Positions 1 through 10,619 of a stretch of 64,000 nt of DNA are shown here, piece after piece. The stretch is from a virus (lineage: Duplodnaviria > Heunggongvirae > Uroviricota > Caudoviricetes): the IMG/VR virus record IMGVR_UViG_3300008262_003982. One strand, 5' to 3'. Position 1 is the stretch's first letter. Every line of letters begins with the position of its first letter. The notes under the pieces are model-generated. The model saw only the letters and a program-made list of their open reading frames with translations. It was not told the origin of the DNA and searched no databases. A program made the position numbers and the translations under genes.

Positions 1-81
1 TGCTAACTTCATTGCTGAACGCATCGATGCTCATCAAAAGCATGGCTGGATGCTGAGAAGTTACCTGAAAGAAGAAAGAGC

Positions 82-807
82 ATGAGTTCGGACATTAGAT
101 CAATACTGGAACGCCTTGCGGCGGTAGAAGGTAAACTTACGCCAGTAGGCGTCAAGCATGGGCTTAACACACAACAAAAAGGTGTGCCACAGTTGCCTGC
201 GCTGTTCAAGCCTAAATCAGCCAGTCCTGCGTTGCGTGCCAAAAAAGATCCAGCACATCCAATGGATGGATACATGGTGGGTGATTCTGTAGAGCCCAGA
301 AAATCCGCACTAGAAGAAGCCATGCAAGAAGTTGAAGAAGATATGTTGAGCAAGGTCAAGAAGGACCTTACACAATATCTTGATCAGTTGGAACAAAAAG
401 TTCGAGTTGATCGTGAACTCAAAGACAAAGCAGTTGACGCTGTGGAAAAAGGTCAAGCCGAAGAAGAAATTGAAGAAGATGACTACGAGTTGACAGATCC
501 CAGCACAGTGCATGGCATCGAGGACAAAGTAGACACTCAGCTAGGCAACCCACAACAGCCTATCAATGACATGTCAGAAACATCATCTGCTCCGGTAAAA
601 AGTTACGCCATGGAATATGGTGTTACCTTTGAATGTTATGGCAACGAAAAGGATGGATTTGAACTGCGGCAAGGTAATAGATCCATGCCCAGCAAATTTA
701 AAAACCTAGACCATGCTGACATGGCAGTAAAGTTGTTTCAAAAACGCAGAGCAATGAAACAACAGGCTCAACAAACAAGCCAACAAGATTATTTGGATGA
801 ACGCTAA
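82..807 (+). CDS. hypothetical acidic protein (possible scaffold/assembly protein)
   Basis: 241 aa ORF, Glu/Asp/Lys-rich, coiled-coil-like composition. No catalytic motifs recognised. Confidence 0.45.
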   Translation: MSSDIRSILERLAAVEGKLTPVGVKHGLNTQQKGVPQLPALFKPKSASPALRAKKDPAHPMDGYMVGDSVEPRKSALEEAMQEVEEDMLSKVKKDLTQYLDQLEQKVRVDRELKDKAVDAVEKGQAEEEIEEDDYELTDPSTVHGIEDKVDTQLGNPQQPINDMSETSSAPVKSYAMEYGVTFECYGNEKDGFELRQGNRSMPSKFKNLDHADMAVKLFQKRRAMKQQAQQTSQQDYLDER

Positions 808-2341
808 AATGATATACACTGATCTAATCAAACCAACTACCACAATCAACGAGCAACAGCTTGACGAAATTAGCCTGGACCAGGTTGGTCGAGGCATTGG
901 CGGCCTTGTCGGCGGCATTGGTAAAACAGCAGGCGCTGTGGCAGGTATTCCGCAAGGCCTGGGTCGAGCAATTAAAAAAGGTTATCGTGGATCAGTAAAA
1001 GGCATTGGTGGCGAAGATGATGCTGGCAGCACAGTGCCCGGCGCAGCCTATGGTGACACATCTGGCGCCAAGGCCGGCGGTAAAGCAGAAATGCCAATTG
1101 GATCTAATACGATTAATCCTCGTACCGGCAAGCCCTATGTGCCTAGTGATTTTTCTGGGCCGTCAGGTGGTAGTGCAACAGCAACACCTGCACCTGCTGC
1201 TTCTGGCGGTGGCGGTGGCGCAGCAGCCACACGAGATGCTGACACAGTCAAAACAGAACTGCGCAATTTAGATGCAGCCTACAAAACAAGACGCAATGCG
1301 CTAAACAAAGAACTTGAAGCACTGTCATCAACACCTGCTGGTGATGCTGGCACAGAACCTACTGCAGAACCCGCAACCGGTGCATTGGGATCAGCAATTG
1401 CAGGAACCCCAACTGGTGGCAAGCCTGAAACAGTCAGCATTGGTGGACAAAAGATTTCTCCAAGCGATCCGTTGTATGCCAAAATTGCCGCATCACAAGT
1501 GATGCAAAACAAACCTCTAGTGCAATCCATTCAAGCTCTTGACGCCAAGCAGTTGGAAATAGTCAAACAGATATTGTCTAAAAAGGCCGCTGGTGCATTG
1601 GAAGAACGTTTGCCTCCTACAGTCGCACCTGTGGTACCAAACAAAAGCAGAATGAGCCAAGCATACGACATGGGCAAACAAGCTCTAAAAACCACAGGTT
1701 CAGCAATTGCTGCAACACCACGTGCGCTTTCAACTGCTGCTGGTGCCACAAGAGGTGCATTCACTGGAATGTCACAAGCATACGCTAAAGGCAAACAAGC
1801 TGGTACCAAGTATGTAGGGCAAGGCGAATTGAGCTGGGACGATATACAAGTTGAATTGGCCAATCTGTCAGTAGAAGATGCCAAAGCATTGTTGAGTTTT
1901 GTAAATCAACTGGGAGTCACAGCAGCAGAGCCTGCTCCAGCACCAGCGCCAGCACCAGGAGCGACAGCACATGAACCAAGTGATGTTCAAATAGCTAATT
2001 TAGTTAGAGATGTTCAGAAAGGACCTGATGAAGTATTATCCAGATTTGCCGCAAGAACAGATTTACATCCAAAAATGAAAGCAGTTCTTGATGCTGAGAT
2101 AGCAAAAAGAGCTAGTAGACCACCCGCACCTGCTCCAGCAGACGCCTCTGGCTCAGGAGCAGCCGGCAAGGTTCCTGGATACACAGGTCGCAAGGTCAAA
2201 CTGCCTACAAAGCAAACAAAAACTCTGCCCACAAAGACTAAAAAGAAAAAACTAAGAGAGAAGATTGTTGCAGAAACTTTGACTTGGAGCAAAAACTTTG
2301 ATCCAAGCCGCCACCTAATCAAACAAATCCGTCGTACATAA
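797..2341 (+). CDS. hypothetical Ala/Gly/Pro/Thr-rich protein (possible virion structural/internal protein)
   Basis: 514 aa ORF with low-complexity PAPAPAP and GGGG stretches and a basic C-terminus. Confidence 0.45.
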   Translation: MNAKMIYTDLIKPTTTINEQQLDEISLDQVGRGIGGLVGGIGKTAGAVAGIPQGLGRAIKKGYRGSVKGIGGEDDAGSTVPGAAYGDTSGAKAGGKAEMPIGSNTINPRTGKPYVPSDFSGPSGGSATATPAPAASGGGGGAAATRDADTVKTELRNLDAAYKTRRNALNKELEALSSTPAGDAGTEPTAEPATGALGSAIAGTPTGGKPETVSIGGQKISPSDPLYAKIAASQVMQNKPLVQSIQALDAKQLEIVKQILSKKAAGALEERLPPTVAPVVPNKSRMSQAYDMGKQALKTTGSAIAATPRALSTAAGATRGAFTGMSQAYAKGKQAGTKYVGQGELSWDDIQVELANLSVEDAKALLSFVNQLGVTAAEPAPAPAPAPGATAHEPSDVQIANLVRDVQKGPDEVLSRFAARTDLHPKMKAVLDAEIAKRASRPPAPAPADASGSGAAGKVPGYTGRKVKLPTKQTKTLPTKTKKKKLREKIVAETLTWSKNFDPSRHLIKQIRRT

Positions 2342-2473
2342 GAACTCTGGCCTTAGGACCGAGTGGGCGGCTTCTGCCCGGGTCATTGGATTCGCTACCC
2401 AATGATCCAAAACGAGCAACCATACATTGACTTTCTTTAAATAAATCTATATACTATTGTTTTAGGAGGCTCT

Positions 2474-2734
2474 ATGAGCGGCAAAACATTTAACGGCGAG
2501 CAAAAACTCAAACTCACTCAGATCATCAACGAAGGCATGCAAGTCATGCACGAAATTGAAACTCTCAACGGCGGACTTACTGACACCATCAAGGCTGTGG
2601 CTGAAGAACTGGAAATCAAGCCTGCTGTACTTAAAAAAGCAATCAAGCTGGCACACAAAGCTGAATTTGGCAAAGCCAAACAGGATCACGAAACCCTGGA
2701 AACTATTTTAGAAACAGTTGGTAAAACTCTTTGA
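2474..2734 (+). CDS. hypothetical small protein
   Basis: 86 aa ORF. SD-like AGGAGG sits 7 nt upstream of the ATG, and a TTGACT-N17-TATACT promoter sits at 2427..2455. Confidence 0.5.
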   Translation: MSGKTFNGEQKLKLTQIINEGMQVMHEIETLNGGLTDTIKAVAEELEIKPAVLKKAIKLAHKAEFGKAKQDHETLETILETVGKTL

Positions 2735-3795
2735 GCTATCAAGTTTTTCAACACTGGGATCCATTACAGGTATGCGTGGTCGGTATGACGTACCCGCCGG
2801 ATTATTACTATTGGATCCAAGATCGCAACACACGCCAACGTTTCCAAACGTTGGCAGAAGAAACTGAACAAGATTATCAAGCCCTTATTGCACTATTGCA
2901 AAGCCGGTTCGGAATCCGTGTGTTGCGGCCTCAACTGCCTGAGGATCTCAGTGCTTTGAAAATTCATGATCATTGGGTGCCACCGCCTGTAACTCCAAGA
3001 GATTATTTCATCATGATTCATGATGAACTGTGGGTTCCGCAACAGCCAAACAGCTCACATGCTCAAAGAGCATACGCCAATCAAACTGAACTGACTTGGA
3101 CAGAATTTCAACATAGAGATCTTGCACAACATCGTGCTAAATTGAGTTGTTATCAAAACGTCGTTGAGCATGTGTTGTCACAAGGCAACACAGTACGACA
3201 TACAGATCTTGATGTAGTGTCAGGATGCTTTGTGAGTCGCATTGGTCAAGACTTGTATTTTGCCACTCAAAGTTATGATGAAGATCAAACACAACTGTTG
3301 GCCAAAGTCAATCAACTGTTCCCGCGCACACGCAATCGCATTGTGAATGCTGGCGGTCACGGAGATGCTACCTATTGCCCAGTTACTCCTGGATTGATCA
3401 TTAGCCTACGAGATGTGCCAACTTACGCAGACACTTTTCCTGGATGGGAAGTGGTGTACTTGCCACCAAGTGATTATGCAGACACTGCGGAATTTCGAGC
3501 CAGCATGAAGCACAATCGAGGCCGCTGGAACATTCCGGGCTTTGAATCAGATCCTAATCTTGTACACATGGTTGAACATTACTTTGAGTCTTGGGTAGGC
3601 AATGCTAGTGAAACTGTGTTTGATGTCAACATACTTGTGATAGATCAAAAGAACATTGTGGTATCCAGCCACAATGATCAAGTTGAAAAAGCCTGTGCTA
3701 GACACGGTATTGAAGTTCATGTGTCGCCGTTTAGGCATCGTTATTTTTGGGACGCTGGTATACACTGTATCACAAACGACTTGAGTCGAGCATGA
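2731..3795 (+). CDS. hypothetical protein
   Basis: 354 aa ORF whose start overlaps the upstream stop (ATGA). Confidence 0.5.
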   Translation: MSYQVFQHWDPLQVCVVGMTYPPDYYYWIQDRNTRQRFQTLAEETEQDYQALIALLQSRFGIRVLRPQLPEDLSALKIHDHWVPPPVTPRDYFIMIHDELWVPQQPNSSHAQRAYANQTELTWTEFQHRDLAQHRAKLSCYQNVVEHVLSQGNTVRHTDLDVVSGCFVSRIGQDLYFATQSYDEDQTQLLAKVNQLFPRTRNRIVNAGGHGDATYCPVTPGLIISLRDVPTYADTFPGWEVVYLPPSDYADTAEFRASMKHNRGRWNIPGFESDPNLVHMVEHYFESWVGNASETVFDVNILVIDQKNIVVSSHNDQVEKACARHGIEVHVSPFRHRYFWDAGIHCITNDLSRA

Positions 3796-3891
3796 TAAGA
3801 TTTCCTGTCAACACACTGTCTAATATAAATATCTGCGAGTCGCTCTCGTTACGAGCATGAATCATGGCTTACCGGCCACAAACGGAGAACA

Positions 3892-6552
3892 ATGAGTTAT
3901 ATCGACGCACTTTTTGATCGTGAACACGATCGCATACATGTAGTAGAACGCCGCGATGGCGAACGAGTCTACAAGGAATATCCTGCCAACTACATTTTCT
4001 ATTATGACGATCCTAGAGGCAAGTTTCAAAGCATCTACGGCACACCTGTAAATAGATTCTCATCGCGCAACAACAAAGAATTTCGCAAGGAAGTTCGCAG
4101 CCAGTCGGGCAAGCAGTTGTATGAATCAGACATCAATCCTATCTTTAGATGTTTGGAAGAGAACTACAAAGACCAAGATGCTCCAGAACTGCACACAGCA
4201 TTTTTTGACATCGAAGTTGCGTTTGATGCAGAGCGTGGATTCTCGCCTGTGGCAGATCCCTTCAATCCTATCACTGCTATATCTGTATATTTAGATTGGC
4301 TGGATCAGATGATCACACTGGCGGTGCCGCCTAAACATCTAAGCTGGGATACTGCACAAGAGCTGGTGGCCGAGTTTGAAAATACCATCTTGTTTGAGCG
4401 TGAAGAAGACATGATCAAAATGTTCTTGGATGTGATTGAAGGTGCGGATGTACTTACAGGTTGGAACTCAGAAGGTTACGACATTCCTTACACAGTAAAT
4501 CGTACCACAAGAATACTCAGCAAGGATGACACACGACGCTTTTGTTTGTGGGGACAGTTTCCCAAGCAAAGAATGTTTGAACGCTTTGGCGCAGAGAATC
4601 AAACTTACGACTTAGTCGGTCGTGTGCATATGGACTACATGCAGTTGTATCGCAAGTACACATACGAGGAACGCCACTCATATAGTTTGGATGCTATCGG
4701 CGAGTACGAGCTGGGTGAACGCAAAACACAATTTGAAGGCACACTGGATCAGTTGTACAACCAGCACTTCAAAAAGTTTATTGAGTACAACCGCCAAGAC
4801 ACCATGATCATTGCCAAGTTAGACAAGAAATTGCGTTTCTTGGACCTAGCCAATGAACTGGCACACGCCAATACTGTGTTGCTACAAACCACAATGGGTG
4901 CTGTGGCAGTGACTGAACAGGCCATTATCAATGAAGCACACGAGCGTGGAATGGTTGTGCCCAATCGTAAGCAACGCCTTACAGATGATGACACCCAGGC
5001 CGCAGGTGCTTATGTGGCATATCCTAAAAAGGGCCTGCACATGTGGATTGGGTCAGTGGACATCAACAGTCTATATCCATCTGCAATTCGTGCCATGAAC
5101 ATGGGTCCAGAAACTGTGGTGGGCCAATTGCGGCAAACCATGACTGATCAGTTGATCAAATCCAACATGGCCAAGGGACAAAGTTTTGCGGCTGCATGGG
5201 AAGGCTTGTTTGCCAGTTTAGAGTATACTGCTGTGATGGAACAGCAACGTGGTACAGAAATTACCATTGACTGGGAAGGTGGCGAAGAGTCAGTACACTC
5301 TGCTATGGAAATCTGGCACATGATCTTTGACTCAAATCAACCTTGGATCCTTACTGCCAATGGTACCATTCTCACTTACGAGAAGAAAGGTATCATCCCT
5401 GGCCTGCTGGAACGCTGGTATCGTGAACGACAAGAACTGCAAGCCAAGAAGAAGCAGACCAAGGATCCCAAAGAGATTGCGTTCTGGGACAAACGTCAAT
5501 TGGTCAAGAAGATTAACTTGAATAGCTTGTATGGTGCTATTTTGAATCCAGGCTGTAGATTCTTTGACAAGCGTATTGGGCAGTCAACCACACTGGCAGG
5601 TCGAAGTATTGCCAAGCACATGGATGCTCACATCAATGAGTGCATCACAGGCGAATATGATCACACAGGCAAGGCCATCATCTATGGTGATACAGACTCA
5701 TGCTATTTTTCTGCGTGGCCCATACTGGAAAAAGAAGTTGCAGAAGGACGGATGGAATGGTCAAAAGAAATCTGCATCCAACTGTACGACTCAATTGCTG
5801 ATCAAGTGAATGAGAGCTTTCCAGCGTTTATGGAACAGGCGTTCCATTGTCCCCGAGACATGGGTGCGTTGATCAAAGCAGGTCGTGAACTGGTTGCTGA
5901 CCGCAGTTTGTTCATTACCAAGAAGCGTTATGCTGTGAACATCATTGACTTGGAAGGCAAGCGACTGGATGTAGACGGCAAGATTGGCAAGACCAAGGCC
6001 ATGGGCTTGGATCTCAAGCGTTCAGATACCCCCAAAGTAATTCAAGACTTCCTGTTAGAAATTCTAAATAAAGTACTGGCAGGTACACAACGAGATGAGA
6101 TCATTGAACGCATTAGAGAATTCAAGTATGAGTTTAAAGAGCGTCCAGGCTGGGAAAAAGGATCGCCTAAGCGTGTGAACAACTTGACCAAATATGCGGC
6201 AGAGGAAGCACGCCTGGGCAAAGCAAACATGCCAGGACACGTTCGTGCCGCAATGAATTGGAATCAAATGCGTAGAATGAATTCAGACAACTACTCAATG
6301 CAGGTTGTGGATGGTATGAAAACCATTGTGTGCAAACTCAAATCAAATGCACTTGGATGGACATCAATTGGCTATCCTACAGATGAGCAAAGATTGCCTG
6401 CATGGTTTACTGAACTGCCGTTTGACGATGGGCTAATGGAAGCAACTGTTGTGGATCAAAAGGTCGACAACTTGCTGGGTGTGTTGGAATGGGACCTTGC
6501 GTCTGCTACCAACACAGAAAATACTTTTACATCACTATTTTCATTCGAATGA
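3892..6552 (+). CDS. DNA polymerase, family B (with 3'-5' exonuclease domain)
   Basis: 886 aa. Exo I motif FFDIEV, polymerase motif A DINSLYPSAI and motif C YGDTDS. Confidence 0.9.
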   Translation: MSYIDALFDREHDRIHVVERRDGERVYKEYPANYIFYYDDPRGKFQSIYGTPVNRFSSRNNKEFRKEVRSQSGKQLYESDINPIFRCLEENYKDQDAPELHTAFFDIEVAFDAERGFSPVADPFNPITAISVYLDWLDQMITLAVPPKHLSWDTAQELVAEFENTILFEREEDMIKMFLDVIEGADVLTGWNSEGYDIPYTVNRTTRILSKDDTRRFCLWGQFPKQRMFERFGAENQTYDLVGRVHMDYMQLYRKYTYEERHSYSLDAIGEYELGERKTQFEGTLDQLYNQHFKKFIEYNRQDTMIIAKLDKKLRFLDLANELAHANTVLLQTTMGAVAVTEQAIINEAHERGMVVPNRKQRLTDDDTQAAGAYVAYPKKGLHMWIGSVDINSLYPSAIRAMNMGPETVVGQLRQTMTDQLIKSNMAKGQSFAAAWEGLFASLEYTAVMEQQRGTEITIDWEGGEESVHSAMEIWHMIFDSNQPWILTANGTILTYEKKGIIPGLLERWYRERQELQAKKKQTKDPKEIAFWDKRQLVKKINLNSLYGAILNPGCRFFDKRIGQSTTLAGRSIAKHMDAHINECITGEYDHTGKAIIYGDTDSCYFSAWPILEKEVAEGRMEWSKEICIQLYDSIADQVNESFPAFMEQAFHCPRDMGALIKAGRELVADRSLFITKKRYAVNIIDLEGKRLDVDGKIGKTKAMGLDLKRSDTPKVIQDFLLEILNKVLAGTQRDEIIERIREFKYEFKERPGWEKGSPKRVNNLTKYAAEEARLGKANMPGHVRAAMNWNQMRRMNSDNYSMQVVDGMKTIVCKLKSNALGWTSIGYPTDEQRLPAWFTELPFDDGLMEATVVDQKVDNLLGVLEWDLASATNTENTFTSLFSFE

Positions 6553-7493
6553 AACTGAGCGAACTTGTTGATTACTTGAACCACATTGATGAATTTGAGT
6601 TAGGTCAAATTCATCAAGAAGCCCGTCACAGACTTGATGCTGTGATACACAAAATTGCCAACCACAATGTGCAATTTAACAAATTTACACAAGGCATCAT
6701 TGCCAATGGTAACAAAATTAATGAAAGTTTCCAGCAATTCAATCATACCATTGACGCTATACGCAGTCACGTGATTGACGCTATGACTGCACAGCATCCA
6801 GAATACTTGCGTGAAAGTTTGAGATTGTTCCAGCATGAAATGTGTTATGACACTACCGAACACATTCTTAATCGTAGGCTACGTTGCGATCCCGAAAGTG
6901 CTGAACTACTACAAGGTAGAATTTTACGCTACACAGATTGGCGTGTGCCTGGATTGATTTTCAGACCAGCACTGGAACAACACGTGGAGCAATTGGTACC
7001 ATTGGACCCGTTGTACATGATTGACAACAATCTTGAATTGCTAGAACCTGCCTGTCAAGGATTTACTGAAGAATATCGACGTAGACTGAGATTATACACA
7101 GCTGAAGAGATTCTAGGCAAACCAATACTTGCACTGTTGCCAGATGCTCAGTTTGGATATTGCTTTGCTTACAATTACTTCAATTACAAACCATTGGAAT
7201 TGATATGTCAGTACTTGGATGAGCTGTGGAAAAAACTTCGGCCTGGCGGAGTGGTGTTTTTTACCTACAACGACTGTGATCGTGCTCACGGAGTTGCATT
7301 GGCCGAGCGCAGTTACATGTGCTACACTCCAGGATCGTTGATTCAAGAACATGCTGAAACATTGGGATTTGAGCTCATGCATCGTCACAATGGCCCTGCT
7401 GACGTTGCATGGTTTGAGTTCCAAAAACCTGGAGAAATAGATTCGCTTAGAGGCGGACAAACATTAGCCAGAATAGTTGCAAATTCTAAATAA
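6549..7493 (+). CDS. hypothetical protein
   Basis: ATG at 6549 overlaps the polymerase stop (ATGA). 314 aa. Confidence 0.5.
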   Translation: MKLSELVDYLNHIDEFELGQIHQEARHRLDAVIHKIANHNVQFNKFTQGIIANGNKINESFQQFNHTIDAIRSHVIDAMTAQHPEYLRESLRLFQHEMCYDTTEHILNRRLRCDPESAELLQGRILRYTDWRVPGLIFRPALEQHVEQLVPLDPLYMIDNNLELLEPACQGFTEEYRRRLRLYTAEEILGKPILALLPDAQFGYCFAYNYFNYKPLELICQYLDELWKKLRPGGVVFFTYNDCDRAHGVALAERSYMCYTPGSLIQEHAETLGFELMHRHNGPADVAWFEFQKPGEIDSLRGGQTLARIVANSK

Positions 7494-7526
7494 ACCTGTT
7501 AAACTTAAACATTAGGAGTATACAAA

Positions 7527-8249
7527 ATGAGAGATTATCTATTAGACTTAGTACAACACACACACGATCTTGGCTGCATTGATTTGATCAAGATTGTAGG
7601 CGATGACAAAGCCACACAAATTGTAGGCCTTGCTGAAGACATGAGCGTGGTTGTGGAAGGTGAATTCAAAAATCCACATCCAGACTTTGTGGGCACATTT
7701 GGCATGCCAAACTTGGCCAAGATCAAAATTCTGTTGAACTTGCAGGAGTACAAAGAAAACGCCAAACTCAGCTTGAGTCGCCGAGCAGGCGGCGAGCCAG
7801 ATGGCATCAAGTTTGAAAATGCCGCAGGCGATTTTCAAAACAACTATCGTTTCATGGCCGAAGCCATTGTGACTGAAAAACTCAAGACGCCCAAGTTCAA
7901 AGGTGTAAACTGGCACATTGAATTTGAACCCACTGTGGCTGCCATCCAACGCCTGCGTATGCAAGCACAGGCCAATGCTGAAGAACCACATTTCCAGGCC
8001 AAGACTGAAAACGGAGACTTGAAGTTTTTCTTTGGTGATCATAGCACACATGCTGGTAACTTTGTGTTCCACCCAGGTGTAAATGGTCAATTGAAACGTG
8101 CTTGGTCGTGGCCTGCTCAACAAGTCATGAGTATCCTGTCATTGACTGGGGACAAGACCGTTCGTATCAGTGATGATGGTGCTGCCAAGATCACGGTGGA
8201 TAGTGGCATTGCTGTTTACAATTATATCTTACCAGCACAAAGCAAGTGA
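7527..8249 (+). CDS. hypothetical protein (size and position compatible with a sliding clamp, unproven)
   Basis: 240 aa, AGGAG SD upstream, sits downstream of the polymerase. Only vague similarity to T4 gp45-type clamps. Confidence 0.4.
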   Translation: MRDYLLDLVQHTHDLGCIDLIKIVGDDKATQIVGLAEDMSVVVEGEFKNPHPDFVGTFGMPNLAKIKILLNLQEYKENAKLSLSRRAGGEPDGIKFENAAGDFQNNYRFMAEAIVTEKLKTPKFKGVNWHIEFEPTVAAIQRLRMQAQANAEEPHFQAKTENGDLKFFFGDHSTHAGNFVFHPGVNGQLKRAWSWPAQQVMSILSLTGDKTVRISDDGAAKITVDSGIAVYNYILPAQSK

Positions 8250-8250
8250 T

Positions 8251-9009
8251 ATGTTTAAAAAACCAACAGGACCTAAATTTGTTGATGATGGTGATCCGGC
8301 AGGACCTAACCAAGCTGGGAATGGACAAAGCTATTGCATTGTCAAAGATAATCCATCAAGATGTTTGATTTACGTTCACATTCCTAAAAATGCCAGCAGC
8401 TGGACCAAGCATCATACACCGGGATATTTGTTTAACTACCGTACACAAAAATTTTACGAAGATATTCCAACACAATACAATATCAACGTTTCAACATGGT
8501 CAGAACATTTACAGAATGCCCAGTATGCTGTGATACTTAGAGATCCTATCAATCGGTGGGTGACTGGACTAGCACAGTATCTGCAAGGATGGGATCCAGA
8601 ACATCCATTGCATATAAACAATGTTGATTGGGATATGATATTCGATACTGTAATGTTCGACAGTCACACTCAACCACAATGTGATTTTATTAAAGGTATC
8701 GATCATTCTAAGATCACTTGGTTACGGTGTGATGATGAGCTGGCCAAAAACTTTGGCAAGATGATGGAACAGTTTACTGGTACACCGTTTAATCTCACAA
8801 CAGAAGATCAAGATCCTACCAATGTGTTTAATATTACTAAAAAGATCAACCCCACAGTGACAGAATTGTTCACTACAGAGTTACAACAAAATATAGTAGA
8901 TCGTATCAATGAAAAACTTTCAAGCAATCCAGACTATCTAAATAGACTTCGCAGTTTCTATAAAGAGGACTGTGAACTATTTGAAACAGTAAACTTTTAC
9001 CAAGCATGA
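8251..9009 (+). CDS. sulfotransferase-like protein
   Basis: Internal ATG directly after the upstream stop. The HIPKNASSW segment resembles the 5'-PSB PAPS-binding loop of carbohydrate sulfotransferases. Confidence 0.35.
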   Translation: MFKKPTGPKFVDDGDPAGPNQAGNGQSYCIVKDNPSRCLIYVHIPKNASSWTKHHTPGYLFNYRTQKFYEDIPTQYNINVSTWSEHLQNAQYAVILRDPINRWVTGLAQYLQGWDPEHPLHINNVDWDMIFDTVMFDSHTQPQCDFIKGIDHSKITWLRCDDELAKNFGKMMEQFTGTPFNLTTEDQDPTNVFNITKKINPTVTELFTTELQQNIVDRINEKLSSNPDYLNRLRSFYKEDCELFETVNFYQA

Positions 9010-10544
9010 CCCAAGACGACTTAACTGCCAAGCAATCGGACTACGCTGTGTTCCTTCCGGCCATCAGCGGGTTCTATGCCACGTTCATAGGCAAGCAAAG
9101 GAATGAACCATATGTGGATCCGGCGAGATTGCCTCAGGGCCTTAGTGACATGGAGCAACTTAATTGGCTTAACTCTACCAAAGCACTTTTCCCTTACCGT
9201 TGGTCCCTATACTCTGGAGGGCATGCAAATCTCGATCTTGCTAAACAAGACTGGTCAGAAGACATGGTACGGAACAGAGAGCCTGGCACAATCATGCTGG
9301 GCGACTCTGGTGGTTTCCAGATTGCTAAAGGTGTGTGGGAAGGTGATTGGCGAGCCAACTCAGGTTGTGCCAAGGCTCAGGCCAAACGAGAACAAGCACT
9401 AGCCTGGTTAGATGGTATAGCAGACTATGCTATGACACTTGATATTCCAAGTTTTGTTATCAATGAAAAGAATGGATGGAAGTCTGGCATTAGCACTTTG
9501 GATGAGGCAGTCAAGGCAACACATTACAACAACGAATACTTCATGAAACATCGCAAGGGTGTGGCAAACGGTGGTACCAAGTTCTTGAATGTGTTGCAAG
9601 GTGGTAACCATACTCATGCAGAAGAATGGTATCAGATGATGAAGGATTATTGCGATCCACAAAAATATCCAGATACGCATTTCAATGGCTGGGCCATGGG
9701 CGGACAAAACATGTGTGATGTTCACTTGGTACTCAAACGTATTGTGGCATTGCGCTATGACAATTTACTTCAAGAAGGTGTCCATGATTGGATGCACTTC
9801 TTGGGAACCTCCAAACTGGAGTGGGCTGTTTTATTAACTGTAATCCAAAGGGCCGTGAGAAAATATGTCAATCCAAACTTCACAATCTCGTTTGACTGCG
9901 CCAGTCCGTTCCTTGCAACAGCAAACGGACAGGTCTACTTTGAAAATGTCTTTGAAAACAACTCAAAATGGTCGTATCGCATGGCTCCTACAGCCGACGA
10001 CAAAAAGTACGCCACTGACACACGTGCCTGGGGTACAAGTATAGTTGCCGATGGAGTAGTACCACGTTGGGAAGATAGCCCCATAAGCAAACTTCTCAAG
10101 ATGAAAGACATCTGTATCTACAAGCCAGGCGACCTAAATAAAAATGGTAAAGAAGGCAAGACATCGTGGGACAGTTTCTCATATGCTTTACTCATGGGCC
10201 ATAATGTCTGGATGCACTTGACCGCAGTACAAGAAGCCAATAGACGTTTTGATGCAGGAGAACATCCTGCCATGATGCGTCGTAGCACTGGTGACTATGC
10301 TTACTTTGAAGACATTGTGGAAGATATTTTCACTGCACCCACAAGAGAACAAGCCGAATCTATTGTTGAGAAATACAGTACATATTGGATGGAGATTGTG
10401 GGCACACGAGGCTTTAAGGGCAAGAAGACTGTGAATGCTACTACTCAATTCAATGCATTGTTTGAATATGAGGACAGTGAGTCGGAGCCCGACGAAGTAG
10501 ATTTGGACAGTGACAAATTGGACAACCTGAGCACAGAAATATAA
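9006..10544 (+). CDS. dpdA: tRNA-guanine transglycosylase-like protein (DpdA-like DNA 7-deazaguanine transglycosylase candidate)
   Basis: LGDSGGFQ (the TGT substrate-binding motif) and FDCASPF (catalytic Asp region, like TGT MFDCV). No CxCxxC zinc site, as in DpdA-type proteins. Confidence 0.6.
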   Translation: MTQDDLTAKQSDYAVFLPAISGFYATFIGKQRNEPYVDPARLPQGLSDMEQLNWLNSTKALFPYRWSLYSGGHANLDLAKQDWSEDMVRNREPGTIMLGDSGGFQIAKGVWEGDWRANSGCAKAQAKREQALAWLDGIADYAMTLDIPSFVINEKNGWKSGISTLDEAVKATHYNNEYFMKHRKGVANGGTKFLNVLQGGNHTHAEEWYQMMKDYCDPQKYPDTHFNGWAMGGQNMCDVHLVLKRIVALRYDNLLQEGVHDWMHFLGTSKLEWAVLLTVIQRAVRKYVNPNFTISFDCASPFLATANGQVYFENVFENNSKWSYRMAPTADDKKYATDTRAWGTSIVADGVVPRWEDSPISKLLKMKDICIYKPGDLNKNGKEGKTSWDSFSYALLMGHNVWMHLTAVQEANRRFDAGEHPAMMRRSTGDYAYFEDIVEDIFTAPTREQAESIVEKYSTYWMEIVGTRGFKGKKTVNATTQFNALFEYEDSESEPDEVDLDSDKLDNLSTEI

Positions 10545-10566
10545 TACTTTTATTTTAACAATTTGA

Positions 10567-10595
10567 TTGACTCAAAATTGTTCTTGTGTTATAGT
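10567..10595 (+). promoter_or_regulatory. sigma70-type promoter TTGACT-N17-TATAGT
   Basis: Read directly from the sequence, upstream of a TTG-start gene that has an AGGAG SD. Confidence 0.5.
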
Positions 10596-10619
10596 GTGTG
10601 CATTGTAACAACTTAGGAG

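Noticed and set aside
1005-2322. Internal or antisense ORFs inside the 514-aa low-complexity gene (1005..1271, 1279..1530(-), 1531..1884(-), 2014..2322(-))
   Set aside because: They lie fully inside a longer, better-supported ORF and have a biased composition produced by the Ala/Gly/Pro codons of the other frame.
7527-8249. Calling 7527..8249 a sliding clamp
   Set aside because: Only the size, the position after the polymerase and a vague N-terminal resemblance to T4 gp45 support this. Left as hypothetical.
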